NCBI GenBank assembly: GCA_002428985.1
Contig: DIYL01000059.1
Location: 127,573-191,572 of the forward strand
DNA: 64,000 nt
Reading direction: 5' to 3'
Source of the DNA: Anaerolineales bacterium UBA6055
Lineage (GTDB): Bacteria; Chloroflexota; Anaerolineae; Aggregatilineales; Phototrophicaceae
The translations under genes and the position numbers were made by a program. The notes beneath the pieces are model-generated. The model worked only from the letters and a program-made list of their open reading frames with translations, was not told the origin of the DNA and did not search any database. This document shows, piece by piece, positions 36,221 through 46,327 of this stretch (position 1 is the first letter of the stretch; each line of letters opens with the position of its first letter).

Positions 36221-38641
36221 TTATTCATCACCATCAATTGTAAAAGTCCCGAGCACAATCGTATTGTCTTGTGCACCTTCCACATTGGTTAACACATCAT
36301 AGCGTATCGCATCCGGTAACGCATACCATCCCGTCAACACCAGATAATCACCCGCAGGCAACTCACTAATATCCAGTGATAGGGTCTCGGTCCACTGTCC
36401 ATCACGTTCACCATCGCCGATATTATCATCAGCTTGTGCCACCAACCGTCGGTTTTCATCAAGGATATGGATGAATCGAATATCCGTCTGAGCCCGGGGA
36501 TTCTCTAGACGCCACCATAGACGCACAGCCGAATCTGAGGCGAAGTCCTCTGGCATGAAAAACGACGCCAACTCAATCCCATCTTCCAGCCGTATCGGGT
36601 CATAAATTGGGCCATCTGTAAACGATACGATTTCAATATCGCTGATCGTCACATCCCGACACACTAAAATCTCAGCGTTAAAGCGCACAGGGCATGGCGG
36701 ATCAAGTTCAATATGGAAAGTATTATACCCACGACGACCAATTGGTAATGGCACAGACAAGCGTTGTGTGCCATCAATCGTCCATGTATGAACCCGCTCA
36801 TCATTCAACAAAAGATGAATCGTCCGATTATCAGCGGTAAATGTCGCCGTATATTCGAGCCACCCCGGTTGTTCTTTGTAGATATAAGTAGTGTTCTGTC
36901 GTTCATCCGGCGTAACAGTATAAACACTATCCGGTTCAGCTGTCATAATTGGCGTTTCATAAATCGCATATCGATCATCTTCATAAATCGCTGCTCCAAG
37001 ATGAATCAAAGCACGATTCTGCAATGTCTCGAGCATATTCATCTGTGACGCACGTTGCTTATTGATAATCACAATATCGGCGCCTGCATCTGTCAATAAT
37101 GGCGTTTCCATCGTCGACAGCAATTCCAATCGCGCCGGATCAATCGGTGTTTCACGTGCGACTTGTCCAGCAATCAGCGCTTTATTATGAGCAGTCTGTA
37201 GAAAGAGAGCTTCTTTCGCCGACAGCAAATTATCATGGGGAACATTAAATACAGCCCGAATATCAGTACGATCAGCCAGTTCGTGAATCGCTTGAGGTAT
37301 CTGTGCAGTTTGCATCGGGAAAGACTCAAAGAATTGGTAATCACGAAAAATGAGCACCGCAAGCAAAATCACTGCCAGATAACGGACAAATTTTCTGGAA
37401 TTCCGTACCCATCCACTCGTCCAAATGAACGCCATACCATATCCAGCCATCATCGCAAACGCCAATGCGAATAAGAACATAAATCGCCCCGGCGTCCGTG
37501 CAAGCTCAAAAATAGGCAACTCCATAAATAGCGCATACGGTAATGGCACAATCGTCTCATATCCCGCGACACCTATCGTCACAGGTTGGTCGAGTACTTT
37601 GAGTACAGGACCTAACGCGAATATCCATGCGACAACTGCTACCAATAACCACCAGCGCGAGTTGCGATGACTCAACACACCGATCAATGCGAGGAACAGG
37701 CCAATTACGCCAACATAACTCGAGCCTTCAGCAATGTTCGTTCCTAAAACGAGCGATGAGTATTGGGTAATGTCCGACCAAAATGGATTCAAAAATGAGG
37801 GACTAGCCAGCCCTAATAAATCAATACTGAAACGGACAAACCCGCCAGATTCAACATATTGTGACGTCCCTAGCGTATCGCCAACTGTCGGGAAAAGATA
37901 AATCAGCAGCACCACACCACCGACCAACCCGACCGTCACAACCCGCGTGACCCCAATCCAAATGCGATTATACAACTGAGCAAACAGAAATAACGCCATC
38001 AGAGGCAACAATAAATAGATGACCTGTAACGCATGACCACTGGGTGACAAGACAAAGAAGATAACAGATAACCCGAACCAGCGTCGCCGCCCAGTATCGA
38101 TATATTGAAACAAGGCGTACACAAGCAATGGTACACCCCACTGCACCATCAACCCCGCATGACCATCAAACAGATGCCCCTGAAACACCGGAAAAATCAT
38201 AAAGATCAAACCCGCAATCAAAGCAGGCGTATGATGTTCATGTCCAAGGCGATGACGCGCAAGAAAATACATCGCCCATCCATTTAATGCCATCGTTAGC
38301 AATATTGTAATGTTGTACGCCGTAGCAATCGGCATCACGAACGTAAACACCCACATCGGGAAAAACTGTAACGGGTTCGCCCACAACGTCACACCCGAAA
38401 ATCCCTCAGGATACCCTAAGTTCGATTGCCAGAAGATGTCTTCACCAGTTTGGATTGCTGTTTTAAACCACCAGACATGCCGTGCCATCTCATAGGCATC
38501 ACTTGTATCCCCTCCAATAAACGCTGTCGAAAGCGAAGTCACCGCCGGATATGTCACTCCGATAGCAACCAATAAATAGAGCAGATAGACCAATACATGA
38601 TGGCGTGGAATCTGTTTGAGCACAGCAATTTCCTCATTCAC
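36221..38641 (-). CDS. Large polytopic membrane protein, GT-C-like (ArnT/PMT/YfhO-type) glycosyltransferase candidate with C-terminal extracytoplasmic domain
   Basis: 806-aa ORF. About 12 or more hydrophobic helices fill the first ~440 aa, followed by a soluble ~350-aa domain. No diagnostic motif was verified. Confidence 0.55.
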   Translation of the reverse strand: MNEEIAVLKQIPRHHVLVYLLYLLVAIGVTYPAVTSLSTAFIGGDTSDAYEMARHVWWFKTAIQTGEDIFWQSNLGYPEGFSGVTLWANPLQFFPMWVFTFVMPIATAYNITILLTMALNGWAMYFLARHRLGHEHHTPALIAGLIFMIFPVFQGHLFDGHAGLMVQWGVPLLVYALFQYIDTGRRRWFGLSVIFFVLSPSGHALQVIYLLLPLMALFLFAQLYNRIWIGVTRVVTVGLVGGVVLLIYLFPTVGDTLGTSQYVESGGFVRFSIDLLGLASPSFLNPFWSDITQYSSLVLGTNIAEGSSYVGVIGLFLALIGVLSHRNSRWWLLVAVVAWIFALGPVLKVLDQPVTIGVAGYETIVPLPYALFMELPIFELARTPGRFMFLFALAFAMMAGYGMAFIWTSGWVRNSRKFVRYLAVILLAVLIFRDYQFFESFPMQTAQIPQAIHELADRTDIRAVFNVPHDNLLSAKEALFLQTAHNKALIAGQVARETPIDPARLELLSTMETPLLTDAGADIVIINKQRASQMNMLETLQNRALIHLGAAIYEDDRYAIYETPIMTAEPDSVYTVTPDERQNTTYIYKEQPGWLEYTATFTADNRTIHLLLNDERVHTWTIDGTQRLSVPLPIGRRGYNTFHIELDPPCPVRFNAEILVCRDVTISDIEIVSFTDGPIYDPIRLEDGIELASFFMPEDFASDSAVRLWWRLENPRAQTDIRFIHILDENRRLVAQADDNIGDGERDGQWTETLSLDISELPAGDYLVLTGWYALPDAIRYDVLTNVEGAQDNTIVLGTFTIDGDE

Positions 38642-38728
38642 AGTAACTTAGACGCGAAATTGTACAGGGTGGCATGGGGTCTGTGTAGATGGTAATTCCA
38701 CCATCAGGTCTAAAGTCCTAAATTGGCA

Positions 38729-40048
38729 TTAATTGGAAAATCCAAGCGGTTTGATTGTATTTGTATCGAAAACAATCTCTCTCATAACCGCATTGGAAGC
38801 AGTTGTATCATAAATCGTAAGTCTTGCTGTCTCTGGATTACAATGATCGACAACAGCTAGATAATCACCAACAGACGATATGCGCACAGATAAAGGAATC
38901 ACACATGGAATCGTCGTAATAGGTACAATCAGATTCTTATCAAGGATTGGATTTACAATGTTATATACATCATCTTGGCGTATAAAAAACCAATCACCCA
39001 GCTTAGTGATCTGTCCTGACGTATCATCATGTTCAACTATCAACACTTCACTGTGCGTCTCTAGATCAATCCTGACAAGCCCCTGTGATGAATAAGACTG
39101 TGTTTGCTCTGGAGTTAGATAACCGAATGATATTGGCACGACTCTGCGATATGCGACAACTGTTTGTGCCGAAGTCCAAATAGGCGAATGATAAGTAGTC
39201 ACCCAGCTACCCATTGGGGAATTGAGATATAAGGGCGAAACAATTTCATCAATATATACCGTCTCTGTTGTTATTGTTTCCAATGGTTGTAAACTAAATG
39301 GGATAAACATCAAGTCTGTCGGATTCCCAATTCGTTCAAAACAACCTGTGTCTGATGCTAACCATGCCATATCAGATGACCAAATTAGACGGCATGTATT
39401 CCGCCCCGACGAGATTTGCCTAAAATTTTCACCATCAGGTGATATAAGTGCCGAACCAAACTGTGGTAAACCATCATCATTAAGTGACCACGCACCATAT
39501 AAAACAAGCCATTCACTATCCGGTGACCATGATGCGGGTGAGACTAATGATCGAATAATCGGTACATTTTCCGTCAGTAATTTTAAATCGTCATTTTCGA
39601 CATCATAGATATAAACTTCAGCTTGGTCGTCAATGCGACAGTCCATCGTCATCACACCTGTAAATGTCAAAAAACGTCCATCTGGTGACCACAGTAATGT
39701 ACCGGATTGACGATAATGCTCATCCCATAAAAATTCTTGGAACGGCTGACAAAGGTCAAATAATTTTATTTCTTTGGTCATGATATTAAAAAGGAACAAC
39801 TGACCATTGCTGTTAGCTCTAAATGCAATATGTAAATAATCTGGCGATACTGCATATGAGCCAAATGCTGGTATCTCTATACAATCTTCTTCCTCAGCAC
39901 CATTAAGCGCAAGCAAACAAATTGTTGAATAGTCTTCATCGGCATGGGCTACGGAATACCAGAAAGTGGTCTCGCTAGCCACAACTTGAGAGTATGTTGT
40001 GAGAGAAAAACATAACAAACAAAATAAGATTGTTATTAATTTATGCAT
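38729..40048 (-). CDS. Secreted TolB-like/PD40 beta-propeller repeat protein
   Basis: Signal peptide LFCLLCFSLTTYSQ. Repeated W-S-P-D-(G/S) units: LLWSPDGRFLTF, ASWSPDSEWLVL and LIWSSDMAWLAS. Confidence 0.7.
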   Translation of the reverse strand: MHKLITILFCLLCFSLTTYSQVVASETTFWYSVAHADEDYSTICLLALNGAEEEDCIEIPAFGSYAVSPDYLHIAFRANSNGQLFLFNIMTKEIKLFDLCQPFQEFLWDEHYRQSGTLLWSPDGRFLTFTGVMTMDCRIDDQAEVYIYDVENDDLKLLTENVPIIRSLVSPASWSPDSEWLVLYGAWSLNDDGLPQFGSALISPDGENFRQISSGRNTCRLIWSSDMAWLASDTGCFERIGNPTDLMFIPFSLQPLETITTETVYIDEIVSPLYLNSPMGSWVTTYHSPIWTSAQTVVAYRRVVPISFGYLTPEQTQSYSSQGLVRIDLETHSEVLIVEHDDTSGQITKLGDWFFIRQDDVYNIVNPILDKNLIVPITTIPCVIPLSVRISSVGDYLAVVDHCNPETARLTIYDTTASNAVMREIVFDTNTIKPLGFSN

Positions 40049-40329
40049 TCAAAATCCAAGTATTCTCAGTCAACTAACGACACGAATTATAGTGTCTTAC
40101 ATTAAATTTCTTGAACGTAGAGAGAGATTCTAACCAAAGCGTAGGGGTTGCGTAGGGCTTCCGTAGATTTAGAGTGGGGTAGATGTGTTAGAGTAAAGAC
40201 CGTCTAGGTTTAATGCCCCCACATCGAACCAGACATCTACAGGCTTCCCCGATATACCAAGCATCCCATTGTACAGTGGGATGTTTGGCGTTTATAGTCA
40301 TTCCTTGCATCACATAATATTAACTCAAC

Positions 40330-41697
40330 TTAGGATGACGGAATTGTCAGACGAGTACAATTATTTAAATCATCTGTCTCTTCAAATACAATCAAACAAT
40401 CCGTGAGCATATCCCCAACTTTGACGTGCCCTGCTGTACTCCAATGAATATCAGGATCAGGCGCATAATCATCCGCGACTAAATCTTCAAGCGGGTTCAA
40501 ATATGGGATACCCAACTCTTCGAATAATTGCACTGCACTCAAATAACGTGGTGTTAAAGCGGTGAGGTCTTCGCGACTAGGAATCAGCAAGATAAAGAAG
40601 TCAATCGCATTATCGTCCGCATAATCGCGCACCGTGATGAGGTGTTCCCGCGTGGCATCAATCTGTCTACCTAAACGAATCCCATTACTTTTATTAATCA
40701 TCTGCTGGATTGCATCGCCTGTATTTAAGACTAACGACCCAACCCGTGTTGTCCCCACAAAGCGATCTAACGCTGATGATGGCGGGTCAACTTGAAAGTA
40801 ACGGAAATATAAATCGGATTGTGAATCGAGCTTAGTCACATTGCCATTGTCATCGATCATATATTGCCGGATCGACAGCGGATAATTCGTATCATCAACC
40901 CCCATGAAGTAGCTATCATGTGGCATCATATTGTCTTCGAAATCATTGAGATAAAAACCGAGGATTGCAATTTGCGGGTCGAGCACTGGCGCATAAACTT
41001 CAAATGACGCACCCGCTTGATTTGTGCCAGCACCGGGGATGCCTGTATTCCATACGACTGCATCTGGCAAATTGGATTCAACCGTTTCAACAAATGAGCT
41101 ACCGATTTCAGCAGTGCCACCAAATGTGAACGAATCACCAAGCATCAACACCCGTAATTTATCGTCAAACGCATCATCATAGACAAAATCCTGACTATCA
41201 TGGAATCCCTGTTGATTAACCATACAGCGTCGTCCAGAAACTTCTTTGTTCTCACAGGCTTTGTTCATTTCGTCATAAACATAATGACAACCCGCTTCGT
41301 CACACGTCCACCAAGAAACTTCTGTCAGGAATGTATCAGGGATTTCCGTCGGATAGCGCGTCGGCATATTCACCACGCCTAACACCATCTCAATCATCAC
41401 CAAGGTAATCACAGTCAATAGCACACTAATGGCAAGATTTTTCAGTAAATTACCGAATATCGCCTGACGTAAAGACGCATTCCGTAACAACAACCCTGTG
41501 ACCGTAATGACAACCCCGCCAACAATCATCAAAATTTGCGGACCACTCAGACCGGGGCTTGTACCGGGTATCAAATCGAGCCCAATACCAACAGCAGTAA
41601 TCAGCAATCCGATGCCAGCTAATACTGTAAACAATAGGTCGAGGCGTTTTGAATGAAGCGATGGGGCAATTTTTGTCATAGTTATAAGATTCTTCAT
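40330..41697 (-). CDS. Membrane-anchored SGNH/GDSL-family hydrolase
   Basis: Three N-terminal TM helices. Block I is VLMLGDSFTFGG, and a late DIHWSTAGH segment is block-V-like (DxxH). Confidence 0.6.
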   Translation of the reverse strand: MKNLITMTKIAPSLHSKRLDLLFTVLAGIGLLITAVGIGLDLIPGTSPGLSGPQILMIVGGVVITVTGLLLRNASLRQAIFGNLLKNLAISVLLTVITLVMIEMVLGVVNMPTRYPTEIPDTFLTEVSWWTCDEAGCHYVYDEMNKACENKEVSGRRCMVNQQGFHDSQDFVYDDAFDDKLRVLMLGDSFTFGGTAEIGSSFVETVESNLPDAVVWNTGIPGAGTNQAGASFEVYAPVLDPQIAILGFYLNDFEDNMMPHDSYFMGVDDTNYPLSIRQYMIDDNGNVTKLDSQSDLYFRYFQVDPPSSALDRFVGTTRVGSLVLNTGDAIQQMINKSNGIRLGRQIDATREHLITVRDYADDNAIDFFILLIPSREDLTALTPRYLSAVQLFEELGIPYLNPLEDLVADDYAPDPDIHWSTAGHVKVGDMLTDCLIVFEETDDLNNCTRLTIPSS

Positions 41698-41822
41698 AAG
41701 CGTCTATAGATGAAGCCGTAGTGTATTAAATCGCCATCAAAAACACAAGATGTCCTGTAACACAAAAGACACCGCCATCATCAGCAGTGTCTTCTGAATT
41801 TGTATCTTATGTAGTTGAGCGA

Positions 41823-44414
41823 CTAATCGTATCGTTCGTAATTATCCTGATTATCTGACGATTCGTATCCGGTATAATCCAGTTCCTCATCATGAGACTG
41901 CGACGTTGAATACTCGGATTGTTCATATCCATCAAAGTCTTGTGGATAGTCATCTTGTATCTCCACAAAATCAGTTTGCTGGTCAAGATGACGGGTAAAC
42001 GACAATTCACCCTTCTTCTCATCAATCACGACCAGATCGCCTTGTACGAAATCACCTTTGAGCAATTGAATACTCAGCGGATTTTCTACATAACGTTGCA
42101 ATGCACGGCGTAGAGGTCGCGCACCAAATTGTGGATCATACCCTTGTTTTGCAATCCAATTACGAGCAGGTTCGGTCAGATGAATCGCCAGACCGGATTC
42201 TTGCAAGCGTTCTGCGAGACCGCGCAATTGCAAGTCAACCATTTGCTCAACCGCTTTCAGTGTCAGTGGTTCGAAAATGATAATCTCATCGATACGATTC
42301 AAGAATTCCGGACGGAAGGTATCACGCATCGCTTTTTCAATTTTCTGATGATCGGCGATAGCTTCTTGGTCACCGCCTTGGATAAACCCAAGTGCGCCAC
42401 CTTTTTTCGCGAATTCTGTCCCGAGGTTACTCGTCATAATCAGTACTGTATTGCGGAAGTCGACGACATGCCCCTGCCCATCAGTCATACGACCATCTTC
42501 AAGAACTTGTAGCAAGGCACTCCACACATCTGAGTGTGCTTTTTCAATCTCATCAAATAAGATGACACGATAAGGACGGCGACGTACAGCTTCTGTCAGT
42601 TGACCACCAGCTTCATATCCGACGTAGCCTGGAGGCGCACCAAACAAACGACTGACAGTATGTTTTTCACGATACTCACTCATATCGACACGCACCAGCG
42701 CATCTTCATCATCAAACATGAACTCAGCTAGCGATTTTGCAAGTTCGGTCTTACCAACACCACTCGACCCAAGGAAGATGAACGACCCAATTGGACGTTT
42801 CGGATCTTTAAGGCCACTACGCGCCCGACGAATCGCATCAGATAATGCCTCGACCGCTTTTTCCTGACCGATTACGCGTTCGTGTAAAACTTCTTCCATG
42901 CGCAGCAATTTCTCGGACTCAGTTTCCAGCATTTGATGCACCGGAATACCTGTCCACTGCTCAACAACCTGTGCAATATCATCGGCTGTCACCAGCTCAT
43001 CAAGTGTATTTTCTTGTCGCCAGATATACCGCTCCCGCTCAAATTCTTCTTCAAGCTGAATCCGTTGCATTTTGCAATCCGCAGCCCGTTCATAATCTCT
43101 CGATAAGCCAGCAGCTTCTTCTTCCATTGCCAACCGATCGACAGCTTCACGCATTTCTTTAAGTCGCGGTGGCATCGAAAATAACGCAACCCGCAATTTT
43201 GCAGCCGCTTCGTCTAACAAATCAATCGCTTTATCAGGGAGTTTACGTTCTGTGAGGTAACGCGCAGACAAACGTGCTGCCGCCTCGATCGCATCATCAG
43301 AAATCGTAACATTATGATGCGCTTCGTATCGATCACGAATCCCATAAAGCATTTCGACGGTATCTTCGACACTAGGTTCTTCGACAAAAATAGGCGCAAA
43401 ACGACGATCTAACGCACTATCTTTTTCGATATATTGGCGATATTCGTCCATCGTGGTCGCACCGACAGTCTGTAACTCACCGCGTGCCAATGCAGGCTTC
43501 ATCATATTACCCGCATCCATCGCGCCAGCGCCGGCACCGGCACCAACAACTTGATGCAACTCATCAATAAAGAGGATAATCTCGCCATCGGAACGTTGTA
43601 CCTCTTCAATAACCGCTTTGAGCCGTTCCTCAAATTCACCACGGAAGCGACTACCAGCCACCATACCACTCAGGTCAAGGCTGAGCACGCGCTTATTCAG
43701 CAAAATATCAGGCACATCAGCCGTCGCAATTTTTTGGGCTAAACCTTCGACAATTGCTGTTTTACCCACACCCGCTTCACCGATGAGAACAGGGTTATTT
43801 TTTGTACGGCGACTCAACACTTGAATCACGCGCAAAATTTCTGCATCGCGCCCAACCACAGGGTCAAGTTTACTTTCCATCGCCATACGCGTTAGGTCGC
43901 GGCTATATTTTTCTAGGGTACGGTAACGGCTTTCTGCCTGTGGGTCAGTCACCCGTTGTCCACCGCGAATATCTTTCACCGCATCGGAGACACGGTCGCG
44001 AGTAATATCATAATCCGCCATCAGCTTGGCTACCGCCGTATTACGCTCCGCTAAAATTGCGAGGAAAATATGCTCAGTGCTGATATATTCGTCGCGTAGT
44101 CGGCTGGCTTCTTCATTAGCACGGTCAATAATGCTCTTCAGGCGCGGGGTGATAAATACCTGATTCGTTCCCTGACCATAAATCGCCGCAGTCCGTGGGC
44201 TTTGGCGCAGAACATCATCAACGCGGGAACGCATACCACTCACATCTATATTGAGGCGTTCCAATACCTGTGGGATGACACCATCAGTCTGTTCAAGCAG
44301 AGCCAGCAAAATATGCTCAGTATCTACTTGATTATGTCCATATCGTTGTAAAATCTCATAGGCACGGGCAGCAGCATCTTGTGCGCGTTCCGTAAATCTG
44401 TCAAATCGTAGCAT
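41823..44414 (-). CDS. clpC: ClpC-class AAA+ ATPase with UVR-like middle domain and unusual acidic/Tyr-rich C-terminal tail
   Basis: Two Clp_N repeats; GEAGVGKT and GSSGVGKT Walker A motifs. The ~80-aa middle domain contains [11 protein letters not shown], which is UVR-like, so it is ClpC-type rather than ClpB-type. It has a ~45-aa tail, [43 protein letters not shown]. Confidence 0.85.
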   Translation of the reverse strand: MLRFDRFTERAQDAAARAYEILQRYGHNQVDTEHILLALLEQTDGVIPQVLERLNIDVSGMRSRVDDVLRQSPRTAAIYGQGTNQVFITPRLKSIIDRANEEASRLRDEYISTEHIFLAILAERNTAVAKLMADYDITRDRVSDAVKDIRGGQRVTDPQAESRYRTLEKYSRDLTRMAMESKLDPVVGRDAEILRVIQVLSRRTKNNPVLIGEAGVGKTAIVEGLAQKIATADVPDILLNKRVLSLDLSGMVAGSRFRGEFEERLKAVIEEVQRSDGEIILFIDELHQVVGAGAGAGAMDAGNMMKPALARGELQTVGATTMDEYRQYIEKDSALDRRFAPIFVEEPSVEDTVEMLYGIRDRYEAHHNVTISDDAIEAAARLSARYLTERKLPDKAIDLLDEAAAKLRVALFSMPPRLKEMREAVDRLAMEEEAAGLSRDYERAADCKMQRIQLEEEFERERYIWRQENTLDELVTADDIAQVVEQWTGIPVHQMLETESEKLLRMEEVLHERVIGQEKAVEALSDAIRRARSGLKDPKRPIGSFIFLGSSGVGKTELAKSLAEFMFDDEDALVRVDMSEYREKHTVSRLFGAPPGYVGYEAGGQLTEAVRRRPYRVILFDEIEKAHSDVWSALLQVLEDGRMTDGQGHVVDFRNTVLIMTSNLGTEFAKKGGALGFIQGGDQEAIADHQKIEKAMRDTFRPEFLNRIDEIIIFEPLTLKAVEQMVDLQLRGLAERLQESGLAIHLTEPARNWIAKQGYDPQFGARPLRRALQRYVENPLSIQLLKGDFVQGDLVVIDEKKGELSFTRHLDQQTDFVEIQDDYPQDFDGYEQSEYSTSQSHDEELDYTGYESSDNQDNYERYD

Positions 44415-44592
44415 TGTATTTCCTTACATCTGAGCGGCGACTGTGCCCTCATTGTATCTAACTTGATTGAAGTTTGCTCGAATTTCACTCAAATGGCATT
44501 ATGCCATGCTAATATAGTACGCCATGCGTGTAAGAATTTTATCTATGTTGTGTAAACAAAAGGTAGAAATAGTTAAAGCCTAGAGAGTTCAT

Positions 44593-45726
44593 ATGGACAT
44601 AAAGCTTATCAATAAAACATTTCATGAGATTCAACACAACTCAAACTTACCATTCGATCAAATTGATCAATGGACAAAAGAAGCTAAATTCGATGAACTA
44701 GTAGAAATAGCGAAACTGGTCGACAAAAACTGGAATGCTAGCCCATCACAAAATTGGCGTTACATTGGAACTTACCTTAGGATTATTGATAGTCTTTCCC
44801 TTACAAAAGATAAGCTATCAATACAAGGATTACTTGATGTAATCAAGATACGTCCACAATCTGGGGGCTACTTGTCACGTATAGCTGCATGTCTCGCCTC
44901 TACTCAAGATATGACAATACTTGATAGCTATGTCCAACTCACTGAGACTGAGTTCATAGATCTGTGGGCAAATCTAGTCCAAGAATTAGTGATTAGAGGA
45001 CACGATGTCCGTGATTATCCAAATCTTATAGCACTTTGGGACCGGCTCAAACGAGATAACTATCCGTTAACGACTTTACCATTAGAACTATTTGAGCCGG
45101 AAGCACAGATCCAACAGTATACTAGGTCATATAGTATTAGTGGATCGGGAACGTCACTCCCATTTGGTCCACTTACCGCAAACGATGATGTCAAATTTAC
45201 AATACCTCCGTTTGACTTTGCATCCATTGATCCATCCATTATTCACCAACATATATATCAAGCAGTTGAAAATTGGAGACTAGAATCCAACGGCAAAATA
45301 GAAGTGCGTCAATTTACAATGCAACCAGCTACCGAAGCACTAGCACATGATGAAATAAGTCTAATGTTTAAGCTGGGACTAGACTGTTTGCATGGTGTAT
45401 CCAGTCGAAGCTTATTTATTAAACACACCCAAGCAACTGATGCAGTAAATATCCTATTTTCAGCCGCTGCAAACGGCGGAGCATACAATCACGGTAGTGG
45501 TAATGCGTATGGTCGTCTGTACATGTGGCAATCACTAGCAGGATTGATGAATCTACCAGTGGGTACACCCATATCTACACTAGCCGGACAAGCCGCAAAA
45601 TCAAAATGGCTTATATTTGATGCTGAATCGAATTGGTTCTATCGAGTTGCATGGGATATTGGTATCGTCGCAATCAATCCAGATCGAAATGTAATCAGTG
45701 TCCTTGCTGCAACAGACACCGACTAA
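44593..45726 (+). CDS. Hypothetical protein (DUF6183-like by recollection; C-terminus LAATDTD)
   Basis: 377-aa AT-rich ORF. The C-terminal third reads AANGGAYNHGSGNAYGRLYMWQSLAGL ... WFYRVAWDIGIVAINPD ... VLAATDTD. Confidence 0.5.
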   Translation: MDIKLINKTFHEIQHNSNLPFDQIDQWTKEAKFDELVEIAKLVDKNWNASPSQNWRYIGTYLRIIDSLSLTKDKLSIQGLLDVIKIRPQSGGYLSRIAACLASTQDMTILDSYVQLTETEFIDLWANLVQELVIRGHDVRDYPNLIALWDRLKRDNYPLTTLPLELFEPEAQIQQYTRSYSISGSGTSLPFGPLTANDDVKFTIPPFDFASIDPSIIHQHIYQAVENWRLESNGKIEVRQFTMQPATEALAHDEISLMFKLGLDCLHGVSSRSLFIKHTQATDAVNILFSAAANGGAYNHGSGNAYGRLYMWQSLAGLMNLPVGTPISTLAGQAAKSKWLIFDAESNWFYRVAWDIGIVAINPDRNVISVLAATDTD

Positions 45727-45853
45727 TCAAATATCCAAAGAGAGTAAAGAATTAGACCATCAACTTTACAAACAACAACAGAATTGAGCTTTATGCTATC
45801 CGCGTGTATGCTGTTAATGAGTAGAAACATTTCAAAACTAGGACATGCTATCG

Positions 45854-46279
45854 ATGACTTGCACGATCAGTTGGTTTGGTGACACACAACGCATTATGCT
45901 GATGGAAATGCGTGAAAATTGGACATGGCAGGAATTTTATCCGGTTTTTACCCAACAACGGGAAATGATTGCGAAAGTCAGTCATCCACATCCCGTCCAC
46001 ACGATTATTGATATGCGTGATGCCCATCTTCACATCCCGACAAATACCATTGCAAACATGCGCAATATGGCTGGTAATCAAGTCGAAAATTCCGGCGTAA
46101 AAGTCATCGTCACCAGCAGTCGTCTGGTTCATGTCATGTTTGAAACAATTCGGCGCATCCTGCCCCACAAACGCAAAGCAATGTTCGAAAAATATTATAC
46201 GATCGTTCATACATGGGACGAGGCAATTGAATTCATCGATGCCATGATAGCCAAAGAAGATCAACAAACTGAAGATTAA
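45854..46279 (+). CDS. Hypothetical protein
   Basis: AGGA lies 10 nt upstream of the ATG at 45854; the ATG at 45845 is also in frame. Preferred over the fully overlapping antisense ORF 45848-46267 on composition. Confidence 0.4.
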   Translation: MTCTISWFGDTQRIMLMEMRENWTWQEFYPVFTQQREMIAKVSHPHPVHTIIDMRDAHLHIPTNTIANMRNMAGNQVENSGVKVIVTSSRLVHVMFETIRRILPHKRKAMFEKYYTIVHTWDEAIEFIDAMIAKEDQQTED

Positions 46280-46327
46280 GACTCATGGTCTTTGTAAGCA
46301 ATTGACTAAATAAAATAGGAGCATAAT

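Noticed and set aside
40215-40240. GGTTCGATG on the minus strand resembling a tRNA T-loop
   Set aside because: The flanking bases cannot form the 5-bp T-stem, and no acceptor or anticodon arms can be drawn around it.
41807-44005. Short ORFs overlapping the second clpC gene on both strands
   Set aside because: The reason is the same as for the first clpC gene. The ClpC frame is unambiguous along its full length.
41823-44414. Initial call of this Clp ATPase as ClpB
   Set aside because: The middle domain is only ~80 aa and contains a UVR-like DYERAADCK motif. That is ClpC-type. ClpB has a ~120-aa coiled-coil without UVR.
45848-46267. 139-aa minus-strand ORF mirroring 45845-46279
   Set aside because: Only one strand can plausibly code. 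The plus frame has an AGGA RBS, a balanced composition and a natural acidic C-terminus, while the minus frame is Cys/His/Phe-rich. Confidence in the plus call is still modest.
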